From assembly GCA_038134595.1 (NCBI GenBank), contig JAYPVM010000001.1:64001-128000 (forward strand): a stretch of 64,000 bases of DNA, given 5' to 3'. The notes below the pieces were generated by a model. It was given only the letters and a program-made list of their open reading frames with translations. It was not told the origin of the DNA and ran no database searches. The DNA comes from Pseudomonadota bacterium. Lineage in GTDB: Bacteria; Bdellovibrionota_C; UBA2361; OMII01. Position numbers and translations under genes: made by a program. Below, piece after piece: positions 19,951 to 30,678 of this stretch; position 1 is the first letter of the stretch; each line of letters begins with the position of its first letter.

Positions 19951-21911
19951 CGCTCGCCCTTTGCTAACTCACGTAATTGCCGTAATTCGGCATCAAAACC
20001 AGATGACAGTACTGGAAACCTACAAAATGTCTTTGGATCAACATTTTCATCATCAAGATGAAATGAAACGGCAAGCCGCTCTCGTTTCCATTGGTTTCTA
20101 CACCACAAAAGAAAAAAACGCTCAATCCAGCCTGCAATCTCTTTCTTACTGTAGGACTCAGAAAGTTCAGTGCTTAATTTTTTAAAGATAGCCACAGGAT
20201 CGAGATGATCTCGCACGGCATATCGCTCTATCCCATCAAGAACGCGATACGGCATCAGATCGTCTTCATCTCTTTGATTCGACATTGGAGGGCGCAATTC
20301 TGCCGTAGGTGCCTGTGCATTTACAAGAGATAATGCAGATAGCTCTCCCCCCTCTCGCCTCTCTAGCCATAGTAGCCATTCTCTCAGAAATGCTTTATCG
20401 ACACCCCCCAATGGAGCAAGACCTCCGCTACTATCTCCATCCATAGTCGTATAGCCAACAGATGCTTCACTTCGATTACTCGTAGCTAGCAACAGAGCGT
20501 TTCTTAAATTAGCAATCATCCACACTGATGGAGACCGAACCCGTGCCTGAATATTTTGAAGCGCCGTATCATGCTTGTCCCAAGACAGTGATATCCCCAT
20601 ACTCTTCTCTATCAACGCGTGATAGGCCTCAACTATCTCTTGAACGTTAAGATCACACCATGACGCTTGAAGTTGTTCTGCCAAACATCTGGCCGCTTCG
20701 TGTGTTTCCTGCGAGCTATTCTTCGTTGCCTGATAAACGCACGTAAGTATGCATTTGACAATTTCCGTTGAACTCTTTGCCGCGGAGATACCTGGAACAT
20801 AAGAAAAGATTTCAGCAAATCCGTTCAATCCTAGTTCACTAACGGATCGTCTCACCATAAGCGCCACAAGACAGCTCGTAGCACTAGAGTCCACACCACC
20901 ACTTAACGAGACGACAAATCCGTGGGCGCGACTCTTGCGAGCGTAATCAAAAAGAGCCAATGTCACCGCCCCTTCAAACTCGTCTTGTTTCTCAGTGCGA
21001 CGGGGGGAAACTGGGCGCGATATTTTCTCTGCACTATCTTCTTCAACAAGCGATACATCATCAACAATAATACAATTATCGTCCTGCTCTCGCCTCTTCT
21101 CTATATTTCCTTGTACGCAAGAGGCATCAAGAACAGCAGAGACCATCGGGGCTTCTGAAAATCTAAAGCGTTCTCCACACGCGATCATCTCTCCGTTTAC
21201 CGCGATTAGAGTGTCTCCATCGTATATAGTTCTACCCGATTCACATCCCAATAAATTTGAGAAAACATACCCAACATTACAGAGCTTGGAGCCCTCTACT
21301 ACAAGACGCTTTCTAATTTCGTGTTTACCAAACGCAAAATGACTCGCACTTGGATTAAGAATGATGTCAATTCCACGACTAGCCAACTTTATAGCAGGCC
21401 GATCTTCAACCCACGCATCACGACAGATTTCAAACCCGATACGCAGGCCACTAATATCGAATTGCAAATCTCCCAACGGCATGACGGCGTCGAGCATAGT
21501 AAGCTCTTCTCTCTGCCCTCGCTGCCACGGAGAAAACCAGCGAGACTCGTAATGGATTCCATCGTTAGCGAGAAACTGCTTTAGAACAATCCCGCGTACC
21601 GCGCCATCAATGGCAACTGCAATCCCATTGTATCGTCGATCTTGAAACAAAACCGGAATACCAAAACCAACAAACATTCCCTCTGTTAATTGGGCTAGCT
21701 TTTGGACGCCATCATAGCCTCGTTCAATCACGGAGTCCGAGAAAAAGGTATCTTCACACCCGTACCCTGTAACACATAATTCTGGCAGACAAAGAATTGA
21801 GATGTTTTGTTCTCGTGCTTTATGTATCGCCGTCTCAATACGGCGGAAGTTACCCTCCCAATCAAGGGGAGTTTGATTCAATGCAACGCTGGCTAGCTTA
21901 ATTGTACTCAT
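19947..21911 (-). CDS. nadE: Glutamine-dependent NAD+ synthetase
   Basis: Nitrilase domain (PELCVTGY, K, EIC) plus LSGGVDSS, QNIQARVR, GYTTMDGD and PTAEL. Confidence 0.96.
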   Translation of the reverse strand: MSTIKLASVALNQTPLDWEGNFRRIETAIHKAREQNISILCLPELCVTGYGCEDTFFSDSVIERGYDGVQKLAQLTEGMFVGFGIPVLFQDRRYNGIAVAIDGAVRGIVLKQFLANDGIHYESRWFSPWQRGQREELTMLDAVMPLGDLQFDISGLRIGFEICRDAWVEDRPAIKLASRGIDIILNPSASHFAFGKHEIRKRLVVEGSKLCNVGYVFSNLLGCESGRTIYDGDTLIAVNGEMIACGERFRFSEAPMVSAVLDASCVQGNIEKRREQDDNCIIVDDVSLVEEDSAEKISRPVSPRRTEKQDEFEGAVTLALFDYARKSRAHGFVVSLSGGVDSSATSCLVALMVRRSVSELGLNGFAEIFSYVPGISAAKSSTEIVKCILTCVYQATKNSSQETHEAARCLAEQLQASWCDLNVQEIVEAYHALIEKSMGISLSWDKHDTALQNIQARVRSPSVWMIANLRNALLLATSNRSEASVGYTTMDGDSSGGLAPLGGVDKAFLREWLLWLERREGGELSALSLVNAQAPTAELRPPMSNQRDEDDLMPYRVLDGIERYAVRDHLDPVAIFKKLSTELSESYSKKEIAGWIERFFLLWCRNQWKRERLAVSFHLDDENVDPKTFCRFPVLSSGFDAELRQLRELAKGER

Positions 21912-22118
21912 AGAATGCTCATCTCTAAAAAAGAGACTTACATCTCTTATAGAACCGATAGCATAGTGATTATAACACCTAAGAACACATACATCACTCC
22001 TAGATAATCTCCTCCAACACCCATGAAATCTGCCAACTAATAAACTTTACAAGACATTCAGAGGTTTTATCGATTTTCATTTACCAAGGAACACTACACA
22101 TAATAGAATACTAACATC

Positions 22119-22703
22119 ATGGAGACTACAACAGCCCCCTCAAATCAATCGTGTGCCTGCACCAACCTCTTTGTTGCAATGTATCACGCTGTACTACGAC
22201 CCAAACGATGCTGGGAAACCGTCCGTTGCGCCCCTTTAAGCCCCATCGAGCTACTGCTCACCACAGCACTCCCACTCAATATTGCCTATCTGCTCGTATC
22301 CCGAGAAGCGCTGCTCCATTCGCTAGGCTTTACTCAGATTCTCTTAGGGATTGCTATAACAGCACTCGTACAGCTCGGCGCCATTATTTGCGCCGCGTGG
22401 ATACTGCGGCTACTCGCTCCGTTTTTTAGGGGAAACGTGACAGCAACCGAAGGGGTATATCTTGTCGTATATCCAATGATACCTATCTGGCTTGCCCTGC
22501 TGGCTAGTCACTATCCCTTTGGACTCACACTATTAATCTGTGCGATTGCACTCTCACTCTATAGCCTCTATCAGGGTATTTTGGCACTTGGAGACACTCC
22601 TAAGAGAAGCGTCGTTCAATTTTTCTCGGTAGTTGTAGCGTGCGCGGTTACTGCGTGGGTTATGATTGTTTCTGTGTATGCGTGTTTAGCGATGTTGCTG
22701 TAG
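22119..22703 (+). CDS. Yip1-like membrane protein
   Basis: VLRPKRCWE, LAPFFRG and YSLYQG; about five TM helices. Confidence 0.65.
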   Translation: METTTAPSNQSCACTNLFVAMYHAVLRPKRCWETVRCAPLSPIELLLTTALPLNIAYLLVSREALLHSLGFTQILLGIAITALVQLGAIICAAWILRLLAPFFRGNVTATEGVYLVVYPMIPIWLALLASHYPFGLTLLICAIALSLYSLYQGILALGDTPKRSVVQFFSVVVACAVTAWVMIVSVYACLAMLL

Positions 22704-22793
22704 CGAGATATGACGACTGATTAAAACAACCTCTTTAACATTCAAAAGGGACACAAGACCGTTACCTGACAGCCTCTGAGAATACCATAGCCC

Positions 22794-24248
22794 CTACGAT
22801 GAAGTAGTCGGATTTACAGCATCACTCCATCCGCCACCAAGAGCCTTAAAAACTGAGATGATAGAGCTAACAACCTCAGCTTCACTTTGTACCAACTCTA
22901 TCTCTGAAAGAAGCGCTACCCGCTGAGCATCTAAAACCGGCAAAAGGTCGATGAGGCCATTTTCATACTGAAGGCGCGCAATTTGAACTGCCTTCGTGCT
23001 GTTTGCTACACTTTCGGCAAGAAAATCTCGTTTTCGCTTACTGGTCGAAAACTGCGTCAATGCATTCTCAGTATCTTCAAGCGCCAGTAATACTGACTGC
23101 TCGTACTGAGCTAACGCCTCTTTTTGGGCCGATTTAGCCTGATCAACCTGTGCTAGCACTCGCCCTATGTTAAACGCAGGCCAAGAAATAGAAGGAAGTA
23201 TGCTGTACGAATCGTTATCTCCCGAGGTTAATTCCCCCACAGTTGGCGCCTGTAACGATATCGAACCATTAAACGTTATTTTCGGAAAAAGATTCCCCTT
23301 CACGAGACCTATCGAAGCTGTCGCCGCCGCGAGCCTCATCTCTGCGGCTCGAATATCGGGACGTCGCTGTAAGAGACTAGCCGGATCTCCTATCGTTATC
23401 GGCCCGTGGTAGGACGGAATCTCCGCACTCATAGCAAGCTCTGGCTCGATTTCCGAGGGTTGCTTGCCACACAAAACCGCGAGCCGATACAATAAAGCCT
23501 GTACCTGCGCTTCTAACTGCGGAATCGTTGCGTGAGTATTAGCAAGCTGCGCCTTCGATCGAACCACATCAAACTCCGTTGACTGTCCGCCTTTAAAAAG
23601 TGCTTCTGCAATCGAGACAACCTTTCGCTGTGTTGTTGCGTTTTGATTCGCAACCGAAAGTTGTTGCTGAACACTCCGAAGTTTGACATATGTACGCGCC
23701 ACTTCACTAACAAGAATCCTAATAGCATCTTGTAGTGTTGCTACTGATGCCGCACTCTCGGCTCCCTTGGCTTCAACACCCCTTCGAACGCGACCAAAAA
23801 TATCAAGCTCCCAAAAAGCATCAAAACCAGATTGGTAATACTCATTAGTTATATGGCTATTACCATTTCGAAATGAACCACCGGCAAAGGTAGACGTTGG
23901 GATATGTGTTCGTGCGTATTTACCACTTGCAGCAACCGTAGGTAGAAGATCGAGAAACGCCTCTCTCCGCGCAGCCCGTGCTTGATTAACCCTTGCCAGC
24001 GCACTCTCTAGATCATTATTAGACAAAACCGCTTGTTCGATGAGAAGCGTGAGTTTTTCATCCTGAAAATTTGTCCACCATCCATCAATGGGAATATCTC
24101 CCTCGACAAAATCATCCTGATTGGCTTCAGCCTGCACAAACGACTCAGGTACGGTAGTAGTCGGGGCAATAAAATCAGGTCCAACGGCACATCCCACCAT
24201 AAAGAGGGGCACACCAACCGACACCATCTTTCGATAAAAAGTTCGCAT
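22794..24248 (-). CDS. RND efflux outer-membrane lipoprotein (NodT/OprM family)
   Basis: Lipobox MVGC-AVGPDF, WELDIFG, LLQRRPDIRAAE and KALGGGW. Confidence 0.95.
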   Translation of the reverse strand: MRTFYRKMVSVGVPLFMVGCAVGPDFIAPTTTVPESFVQAEANQDDFVEGDIPIDGWWTNFQDEKLTLLIEQAVLSNNDLESALARVNQARAARREAFLDLLPTVAASGKYARTHIPTSTFAGGSFRNGNSHITNEYYQSGFDAFWELDIFGRVRRGVEAKGAESAASVATLQDAIRILVSEVARTYVKLRSVQQQLSVANQNATTQRKVVSIAEALFKGGQSTEFDVVRSKAQLANTHATIPQLEAQVQALLYRLAVLCGKQPSEIEPELAMSAEIPSYHGPITIGDPASLLQRRPDIRAAEMRLAAATASIGLVKGNLFPKITFNGSISLQAPTVGELTSGDNDSYSILPSISWPAFNIGRVLAQVDQAKSAQKEALAQYEQSVLLALEDTENALTQFSTSKRKRDFLAESVANSTKAVQIARLQYENGLIDLLPVLDAQRVALLSEIELVQSEAEVVSSIISVFKALGGGWSDAVNPTTSS

Positions 24249-24259
24249 TTATTGTACCC

Positions 24260-27200
24260 TTAGTTACCGACAACAAAAGCTGCAACACTGTCGCCAGAGA
24301 TCTCATGAGAACTCTTTGAACGGGAGATAGTTACATACAGAACTGGTAGCACAAAAAGGGTAAACACGGTACCGATAATCATACCGGTTACAAGCGTTAT
24401 TCCAATACTGTTTCGAGCGCCAGCACCCGCTCCACTTGCAAATACCAGGGGCATATGGCCAACAACAGTGGCAACCGAAGTCATTAAGATAGGTCGAAGC
24501 CTTGTCTGAGTTGCCTGCACTACTGCATCTATCTTTGATATTCCCAGCTTCTCTTGTAGCGTATTTGCAAACTCAACAATTAAAATCCCATTCTTTGCAA
24601 CTAAACCGACAAGCGTCACGAGTCCTACCTGAGAATAAATATTAAGTGAGGTTGACCCCAGAAAAACAAAGACGAGTGCTCCTGCCAACGCAAGAGGAAC
24701 CGAGCCTAATAAGATAATAAGTGGATCAACAAAGCTCTCAAACTGTGCCGCTAAGACTAAAAAAATCACCACAAGAGCCAATACAAGTGTGCCCGTCATG
24801 CTCTTTGACTCCTTACGCAACTGCCGAGATTCTCCGGCATAATCGACTACATAATTTGACGGTAAGATCTCTTTTGCTTTCTGCTCTAACACCGAGAGCG
24901 CATCGTGCACACTTACACCAGGAATGATAGCGCCTTGAATCTTTGCTGAGTTTAATTGTTGGAATCGATTTAGCTGCCTTGGTTGCACGCTATCCTCTAT
25001 ATGCGCAACATTGGCAAGAGGCATCAGTGTGTTATTTGGGCCCTGTACATGAAGCGAGAGTAACTGCTCGGGATTTAACCTATCGCTGCGAGCTACCTGC
25101 GGAAAGACTTTGTAACTTCTACCCACCATCGAAAACCGATTTACGTAATTCCCACCAACATAAGTTGCAATATCAGCTCCGATATCAGCCAGCGAAACCC
25201 CCATCGCATTGACCTTATTCCGATCTATGACAAGCTCACTCTGCGGCAAGTCATACTTGAGGTCGGAATCAGCAAACATAAATTTACCACTTTGAAACGC
25301 CGCCGCGATAAGCCTCTGCGCATAACCAAAGACCTCTTGGGGCTCCGCAGTAGAAGAGATAATAAACTCTATCGGAAAATCACTCCCTCCTGGAAGCGGC
25401 GGCTTAGTTGTTACAATTACGCGAGCTCCTGGAATAGCTCCTACCTTCGCCCACAGCTCTGGCTCAATCTCAAAGATAGTTCTACTTCGGTCACTCCAGG
25501 GTTTCGTAACAAGCCCTGAAAAACCAAACCCCGGATTCGTCAGTTGAAACGAGCCTCGATATTCAGGGATTGAGGCATACGCCTCATGAACTCGTCCCGT
25601 CGATAATTTCATCTGCTCTAAGGTTGCATCCGGTGCTCCCTTCACTATTCCGAATAACACTCCCTGGTCCTCGCGGGGAGCTAGCTCTTTTGAAGAGAAG
25701 AGATACAGTGGAATAATCAACAGAATCGCTCCCGCTGTACAGACTAGGACAAAGGTTCTTTGCGTTAGCACGTAACGTAGTGCGTCGTGATACCAAGCCC
25801 TAAACCGGACTAGACCCTCATCAACGCCCTTCGTGTAACGGTTCTTATGAACTTTAGTCTCCTTGACTAGGCGAGAAGACATCATCGGAGAAAGCGTAAT
25901 AGCAACAACACCTGAAATCAGCACAGCACCTGCAAGCGTGAAAGCAAACTCCCGAAACAACGCTCCCGTCAAGCCACCTTGAATTCCAATTGGAGCATAC
26001 ACAGCTGCAAGCGTAATAGTCATCGCAATCGTCGGGCCTAAAAGCTCACGAGCCGCTGTGAGTGCCGCTGGCATTGGCTTCATACCCTCTCGAACGTGGC
26101 GCTCAACATTCTCAAGCATCACAATCGCATCATCAACAACGAGTCCCACCGAGAGAACAATAGCCAACAGTGTAAGTAGATTAATCGTAAACCCACACGC
26201 CAGCATAATTATGGTCGCTCCGATAAGCGATAGAGGAATCGCTACAACCGGCACAAGAACAGAGCGAAATGATCCTATAAAGAGGTATATAATGACGATT
26301 ACAATCAGAATCGTCTCTGTAAGAGTTGTAATAACCTCACTAATCGCATCGCGAATATACTTGGTAGCGTCATAAGGCACCGTTAACGTCACACCCGACG
26401 GGAGATTCTTTTGTATCTCCGGCAATACGTCGCGCACCCCCTGAACAACATCAAGTGCATTGGCAGTTGGTAGAACCCAAATACCCATAAACGTAGCCTG
26501 CTCACCGCTAAAGCGTACATCTTCGTCATAGCTCTCAGCTCCGAGAACAACATCCGCAAGGTCGCCTAAACGCACAATGCTTTCGCCGCGCTGACTAACA
26601 ACAAGGTTTTTAAAGTCCTCTGTCCCTCGAAGATCAGTATTTGCGATAAGACTTACCGAGATAAGGTTTCCCTTGGTGTTACCAACCGCAGATAGAAAGT
26701 TGTTCTTTGTTAGAGCTTGTCTCACCTCTCGAGCACTAACTCCGAGCGCTGCCATCCTATCGGGATTTAGCCAAATTCTCATAGCGAAATTTCGCGCCCC
26801 CAGAATCCCTGCTCGTTGGACGCCTGAAACCGCAGATAACTGAGGTTGTACTACCCTAGTTAAGTATTCGGTCAGCTGATTTGTTTCGAGGCTCTTTGAT
26901 GAGAATCCGAGATACATCGAGGCGAATCGATTATCACTGCTCTCTACTTCAATACTCGGCGCTTCTGCCTCAGGGGGAAGCTCGCTTCGTACCTGCGCAA
27001 CCTTCGCCTGAATTTGGGTCAACGCAGTGTTAACATCAAAATTAAGATGTAGATGCGCAACGATCTCACTTAGCCCCTGCTTGCTGGTCGATTCGAGATA
27101 ATCAATTCCATCAGCACTAGCAATTACTCGCTCAAGGGGTGTGGAGATATAGCCTCGCACTAAATCAGCAGGGGCTCCGATATAAGCCGTTCGAACCTTT

Positions 27201-27334
27201 ACTATCGAGCTATCACTCTTTGGATACTGGCTGACATTAAGTGTTTCAATCGCCTTATAACCGGCTAATAGTATGAGTGCGTTAAAGCATAGAGCTAAAA
27301 CAGGCCGCTTAATAAAGATGTCTGTAAAACGCAT
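24260..27334 (-). CDS. RND efflux permease (HAE1; MexW/MexI-like)
   Basis: FIKRPV, GLVVDDAIV, AKNGILIVEFAN and RLRPILMT; 1024 aa. Confidence 0.97.
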   Translation of the reverse strand: MRFTDIFIKRPVLALCFNALILLAGYKAIETLNVSQYPKSDSSIVKVRTAYIGAPADLVRGYISTPLERVIASADGIDYLESTSKQGLSEIVAHLHLNFDVNTALTQIQAKVAQVRSELPPEAEAPSIEVESSDNRFASMYLGFSSKSLETNQLTEYLTRVVQPQLSAVSGVQRAGILGARNFAMRIWLNPDRMAALGVSAREVRQALTKNNFLSAVGNTKGNLISVSLIANTDLRGTEDFKNLVVSQRGESIVRLGDLADVVLGAESYDEDVRFSGEQATFMGIWVLPTANALDVVQGVRDVLPEIQKNLPSGVTLTVPYDATKYIRDAISEVITTLTETILIVIVIIYLFIGSFRSVLVPVVAIPLSLIGATIIMLACGFTINLLTLLAIVLSVGLVVDDAIVMLENVERHVREGMKPMPAALTAARELLGPTIAMTITLAAVYAPIGIQGGLTGALFREFAFTLAGAVLISGVVAITLSPMMSSRLVKETKVHKNRYTKGVDEGLVRFRAWYHDALRYVLTQRTFVLVCTAGAILLIIPLYLFSSKELAPREDQGVLFGIVKGAPDATLEQMKLSTGRVHEAYASIPEYRGSFQLTNPGFGFSGLVTKPWSDRSRTIFEIEPELWAKVGAIPGARVIVTTKPPLPGGSDFPIEFIISSTAEPQEVFGYAQRLIAAAFQSGKFMFADSDLKYDLPQSELVIDRNKVNAMGVSLADIGADIATYVGGNYVNRFSMVGRSYKVFPQVARSDRLNPEQLLSLHVQGPNNTLMPLANVAHIEDSVQPRQLNRFQQLNSAKIQGAIIPGVSVHDALSVLEQKAKEILPSNYVVDYAGESRQLRKESKSMTGTLVLALVVIFLVLAAQFESFVDPLIILLGSVPLALAGALVFVFLGSTSLNIYSQVGLVTLVGLVAKNGILIVEFANTLQEKLGISKIDAVVQATQTRLRPILMTSVATVVGHMPLVFASGAGAGARNSIGITLVTGMIIGTVFTLFVLPVLYVTISRSKSSHEISGDSVAAFVVGN

Positions 27335-27344
27335 CGAGACTACC

Positions 27345-28475
27345 TTATGAATTTTTTACTGTCGGATTCTCAGATGCTGGTGCACTATCTGTTGAAGAAA
27401 TTACTATCGACGCTCCGGGGCGCAGCTTAAACCCTCCAAGCGTTACTATCTCTTGCCCCGGCTCTATTCCTTTAAGAACTGCGACTAAATCTCCCCGCTT
27501 CGACCCGAGAGTCACCATTTGCTGTCTGACAGTCAGTGGCTCATTCTCCTCACGAACAACCACATAAACGGAATTTCCATACGGCGCGTACTGAATTGTA
27601 GTAACCGGTACAACCACGAGCGACCGATCAGTTCCAACAACAAGTGAAATAGAGCCAAACATACCCGGAAGAAGTTGCTCGTCCTTATTTTCGACTGTCG
27701 CCTGCACAGACACCAGTCGAGTTATCTCATCGATACTAGGATTTATCGCCGTTATGGTTCCCTCAAACGTGCGCTCTTTAAAGGCATCAACTGTTATCGA
27801 CACCTTTTGACCTATTCCTTGCAAAGAAGGAGCTATCTGCTGAGGTACAGAAAAATTAAAGTGAATTGGATGGACAGAATATAGCGGAACAAGGGGTGTC
27901 CCAGGTGTCACATATTCTCCAATATTTACCGTACGAATCCCAACCTTGCCCTCAAACGGAGCCACAATCGTTTTTCGAGCGATCACCCCCTCTAAGGAAT
28001 CGACCTCGGACTGTGCTTGCTGTAGCCTCGACTCAGCCTCCTCAAATGTTGCTAACGACAATGCGCTCTGGCTCTTTAACCGCTCGGCTCTCGCCCTATT
28101 CTGCTGAGCCAAGGCAAGTCTTGCTTTAGCGCCCGCTAATTGAGCCTGTTCGACAGACTGGTCAATTTCAAAGAGTTTTTGTCCCTTGCTAACCCGAGCA
28201 CCAGAGGAGAAGTCAACGCGTACAATATTGCCTGATTCTTGAGCTTTAAGAGTAGCGCCCTCAACGGCAGCAAAGGCACCCACGGTGTTGTAGGTCTCAC
28301 GCCACGCTCTTGATTGAGCGACCGCTACTGCAACCGTCTCTGGAGGCCTGCCCTTACCAGCATGCTCGCGAATAGCACTCCAGATCTGACAGCCCTTAAC
28401 GGCTGCTAATAGTATTGTGACTCCTACCACAAGGAGGAGTCCTCTTAGAACCTGTCTGTTTTTGGTTATCTGCAT
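27345..28475 (-). CDS. RND periplasmic adaptor (MFP)
   Basis: N-terminal TM, IVAPFEG and LLPGMF; first gene of the RND operon. Confidence 0.95.
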   Translation of the reverse strand: MQITKNRQVLRGLLLVVGVTILLAAVKGCQIWSAIREHAGKGRPPETVAVAVAQSRAWRETYNTVGAFAAVEGATLKAQESGNIVRVDFSSGARVSKGQKLFEIDQSVEQAQLAGAKARLALAQQNRARAERLKSQSALSLATFEEAESRLQQAQSEVDSLEGVIARKTIVAPFEGKVGIRTVNIGEYVTPGTPLVPLYSVHPIHFNFSVPQQIAPSLQGIGQKVSITVDAFKERTFEGTITAINPSIDEITRLVSVQATVENKDEQLLPGMFGSISLVVGTDRSLVVVPVTTIQYAPYGNSVYVVVREENEPLTVRQQMVTLGSKRGDLVAVLKGIEPGQEIVTLGGFKLRPGASIVISSTDSAPASENPTVKNS

Positions 28476-28787
28476 AAAGCCTTAGGATAATTGCGATATG
28501 AACATCTTTGATAAGCTTGCTGAATCATACGAAAATATGCCCAAAATTAGCAATAAGTTCTAAGAAACTTATCCCTCGTAATGTAATAACCACCGGCAAT
28601 CCCAGACCTATCATCTGCGCTGAGCCACTATGGTATCCGGCAAAAATCGTGAAACTTCTTTAAAATCAGCATCCGCTAAGGTACCATCTGCTCAAATAAG
28701 CAGATAGCAGTTCCCCCTCCTTGAGGACCTTATACAACGGCAATTCTCCATCAAGTAGGGAGAGAGAAAGAAAGGGAGTAAAATCAA

Positions 28788-28970
28788 ATGTACAATCCAG
28801 ATAAATCTTCGAGAACAAATCATTCAGAACAAACATCTATGGATCTACAGGAGCTTACACTTCCGGAACCTCATGAAAATCCCCTCATGGATGCGTTTCT
28901 CGAGGCTTCCCATGATGCTATCGGACTAACGCCAGCCCAACTTCGATTGCTTGGGGCGTTAGCGGATTAG
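28788..28970 (+). CDS. Small acidic hypothetical protein (60 aa)
   Basis: AAAGGGAG RBS shortly before the ATG and its own terminator at 29031; no recognised homology. Confidence 0.55.
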   Translation: MYNPDKSSRTNHSEQTSMDLQELTLPEPHENPLMDAFLEASHDAIGLTPAQLRLLGALAD

Positions 28971-29030
28971 CCGGTTCAACAAGCCGCGTTTGTAAAGGCT
29001 TAATTATCGAACCCATTTTGATTTTCTAAG

Positions 29031-29056
29031 TGAGGCCGAAAGGCCTCATTTCTGTT
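29031..29056 (+). terminator. Intrinsic terminator
   Basis: TGAGGCC-GAAA-GGCCTCA followed by TTTCTGTT. Confidence 0.8.
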
Positions 29057-29567
29057 GGTTCTTATATGCCTATGAAGCCTCAGAGGTCGCCAAATCTTTC
29101 TAGCTAGCCTTACGACACTATCTTGCGCAGACACAGAGTCCCCTCATATTTCGGGACATCTCTTTATATTCTTTTGGTGACGCAGATATCCAAACGACGC
29201 ACCACGCAGGGCGCCATGGTTTTAGGTTACACCGAAGACTCATAGAGGCAATGAACCTTAAAAATATGCTTAACAGGAAAAAGCTAGGGAAGCTCTACAT
29301 GCATTTGGTGACAACTCAGGGAGCAACCTGCCGCCAAAAAAACAGCCCAAAGTGAGTTAATCCTCATGCTGTCGCGGCACTAAGCTCTAATGAAGCGTAA
29401 AAAGCTCGATATGCATGTTCAAAGCAATCGTTGGCTGAATACTCAAACTAAGTCGAAATATCTCCGTCAATGAATTACCAATTTTTACTAAAGAAGACTA
29501 ACGTATCCGTGGGTAGTAGTGCATGATCCGAAGAGAAGGTCGGTGGGGCACAGCTCTACCAATCTAA

Positions 29568-30440
29568 TTAGTGGTCATTGCTGTTTTCTAGGTAAACCAT
29601 ATCCGCAGTAGGATAATCGGCTGAGTCTGAGATATGCGTATAACTTTCATTGAAAAAACGACTTACCTTCATCAATTCTTCATGTCGTCCACTCTTCCTA
29701 GCAAAGTAATCCAAAAAAACAAATGCCAGTGAAGTTACCATCGTGCCATTAGGCTTAATCGAGAATTTCAATCCTCTGTTGAGAGAATATTCCTTAATCT
29801 GTTCAATCCTCGGAAGAGAGCATTCTAGATGCTCCTTTGCCCATTCGGCACCGGTGATTTCAATTACTAATCTCAACCGTTCATCTACCTTGGTCCCCTC
29901 CACTTGACAAGGATTTTAGTGAATTAGCCCTCGTTTGGCTTTGGAAATTAATTGATCTAGAAAAACATCTCTTACCTCCACGGGAACATGCTCTAATACA
30001 TGGCAAGAAACTACAAAATCAAAGGAATGATCCGGAAATGGGAGAGAAGTACCCGAGATACCATTACGGGTCGGCTCAGCTAAACAATATGAATAATCAG
30101 GAATAAATGAAGCCAGCTCACCACTTCCACCGCCGACATCGAGAACAGATATGGGCACACCAGCCGCTCGATATCGGATCTCAGCGGCCAATGATGCGAA
30201 TCGAAAATATTGATTATGATTGATCGTTGTAGCATCTGGCAGCAGCGCATTGATCTCCGACAGATTTGACTCGACAATAGAATGAGGGATCCCCAGTGAC
30301 TCTGCCGTTTTCAATTCGGCATAAGCCAAATAACGATTCCCAACTCGTAACGCATATTCGGCCAGCTTAAGGTGAAGCTCCGGATTAAGCGGGTTTCGAG
30401 TCAAGTCGTTTATCAGCGCCTCATAAATATTCACTATCAT
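29568..30440 (-). pseudogene. SAM-dependent methyltransferase (N-terminal TPR-like helix pair) interrupted by an in-frame TAA
   Basis: Track ORFs 29916..30440 and 29568..29903 share one frame: ...RGLIH*(TAA 29918-29916)NPCQVEGTKVDER.... VLDVGGGSG and FDFVVSCHVLEH motifs. Confidence 0.8.
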
Positions 30441-30678
30441 TCCCCCTACATGACCTTCAATTTGCCCGAGTCATTCACTTTGTGAATGATTAGCTAATGG
30501 GCAGGGGTCCAACAAGTTAAAATAAATTGTTCATCCGATGGACAGCAAAATCATGCATAGCCCTGTCTTCTTAGGCCTCTTACTCGCGATAGCCGAATCC
30601 TCGGTTAAACACCTGATTTAGTTTAGCAGCCATAAAAACTCATGATACTCAGCTGAATCATGACTCCGATGGGTCAAA

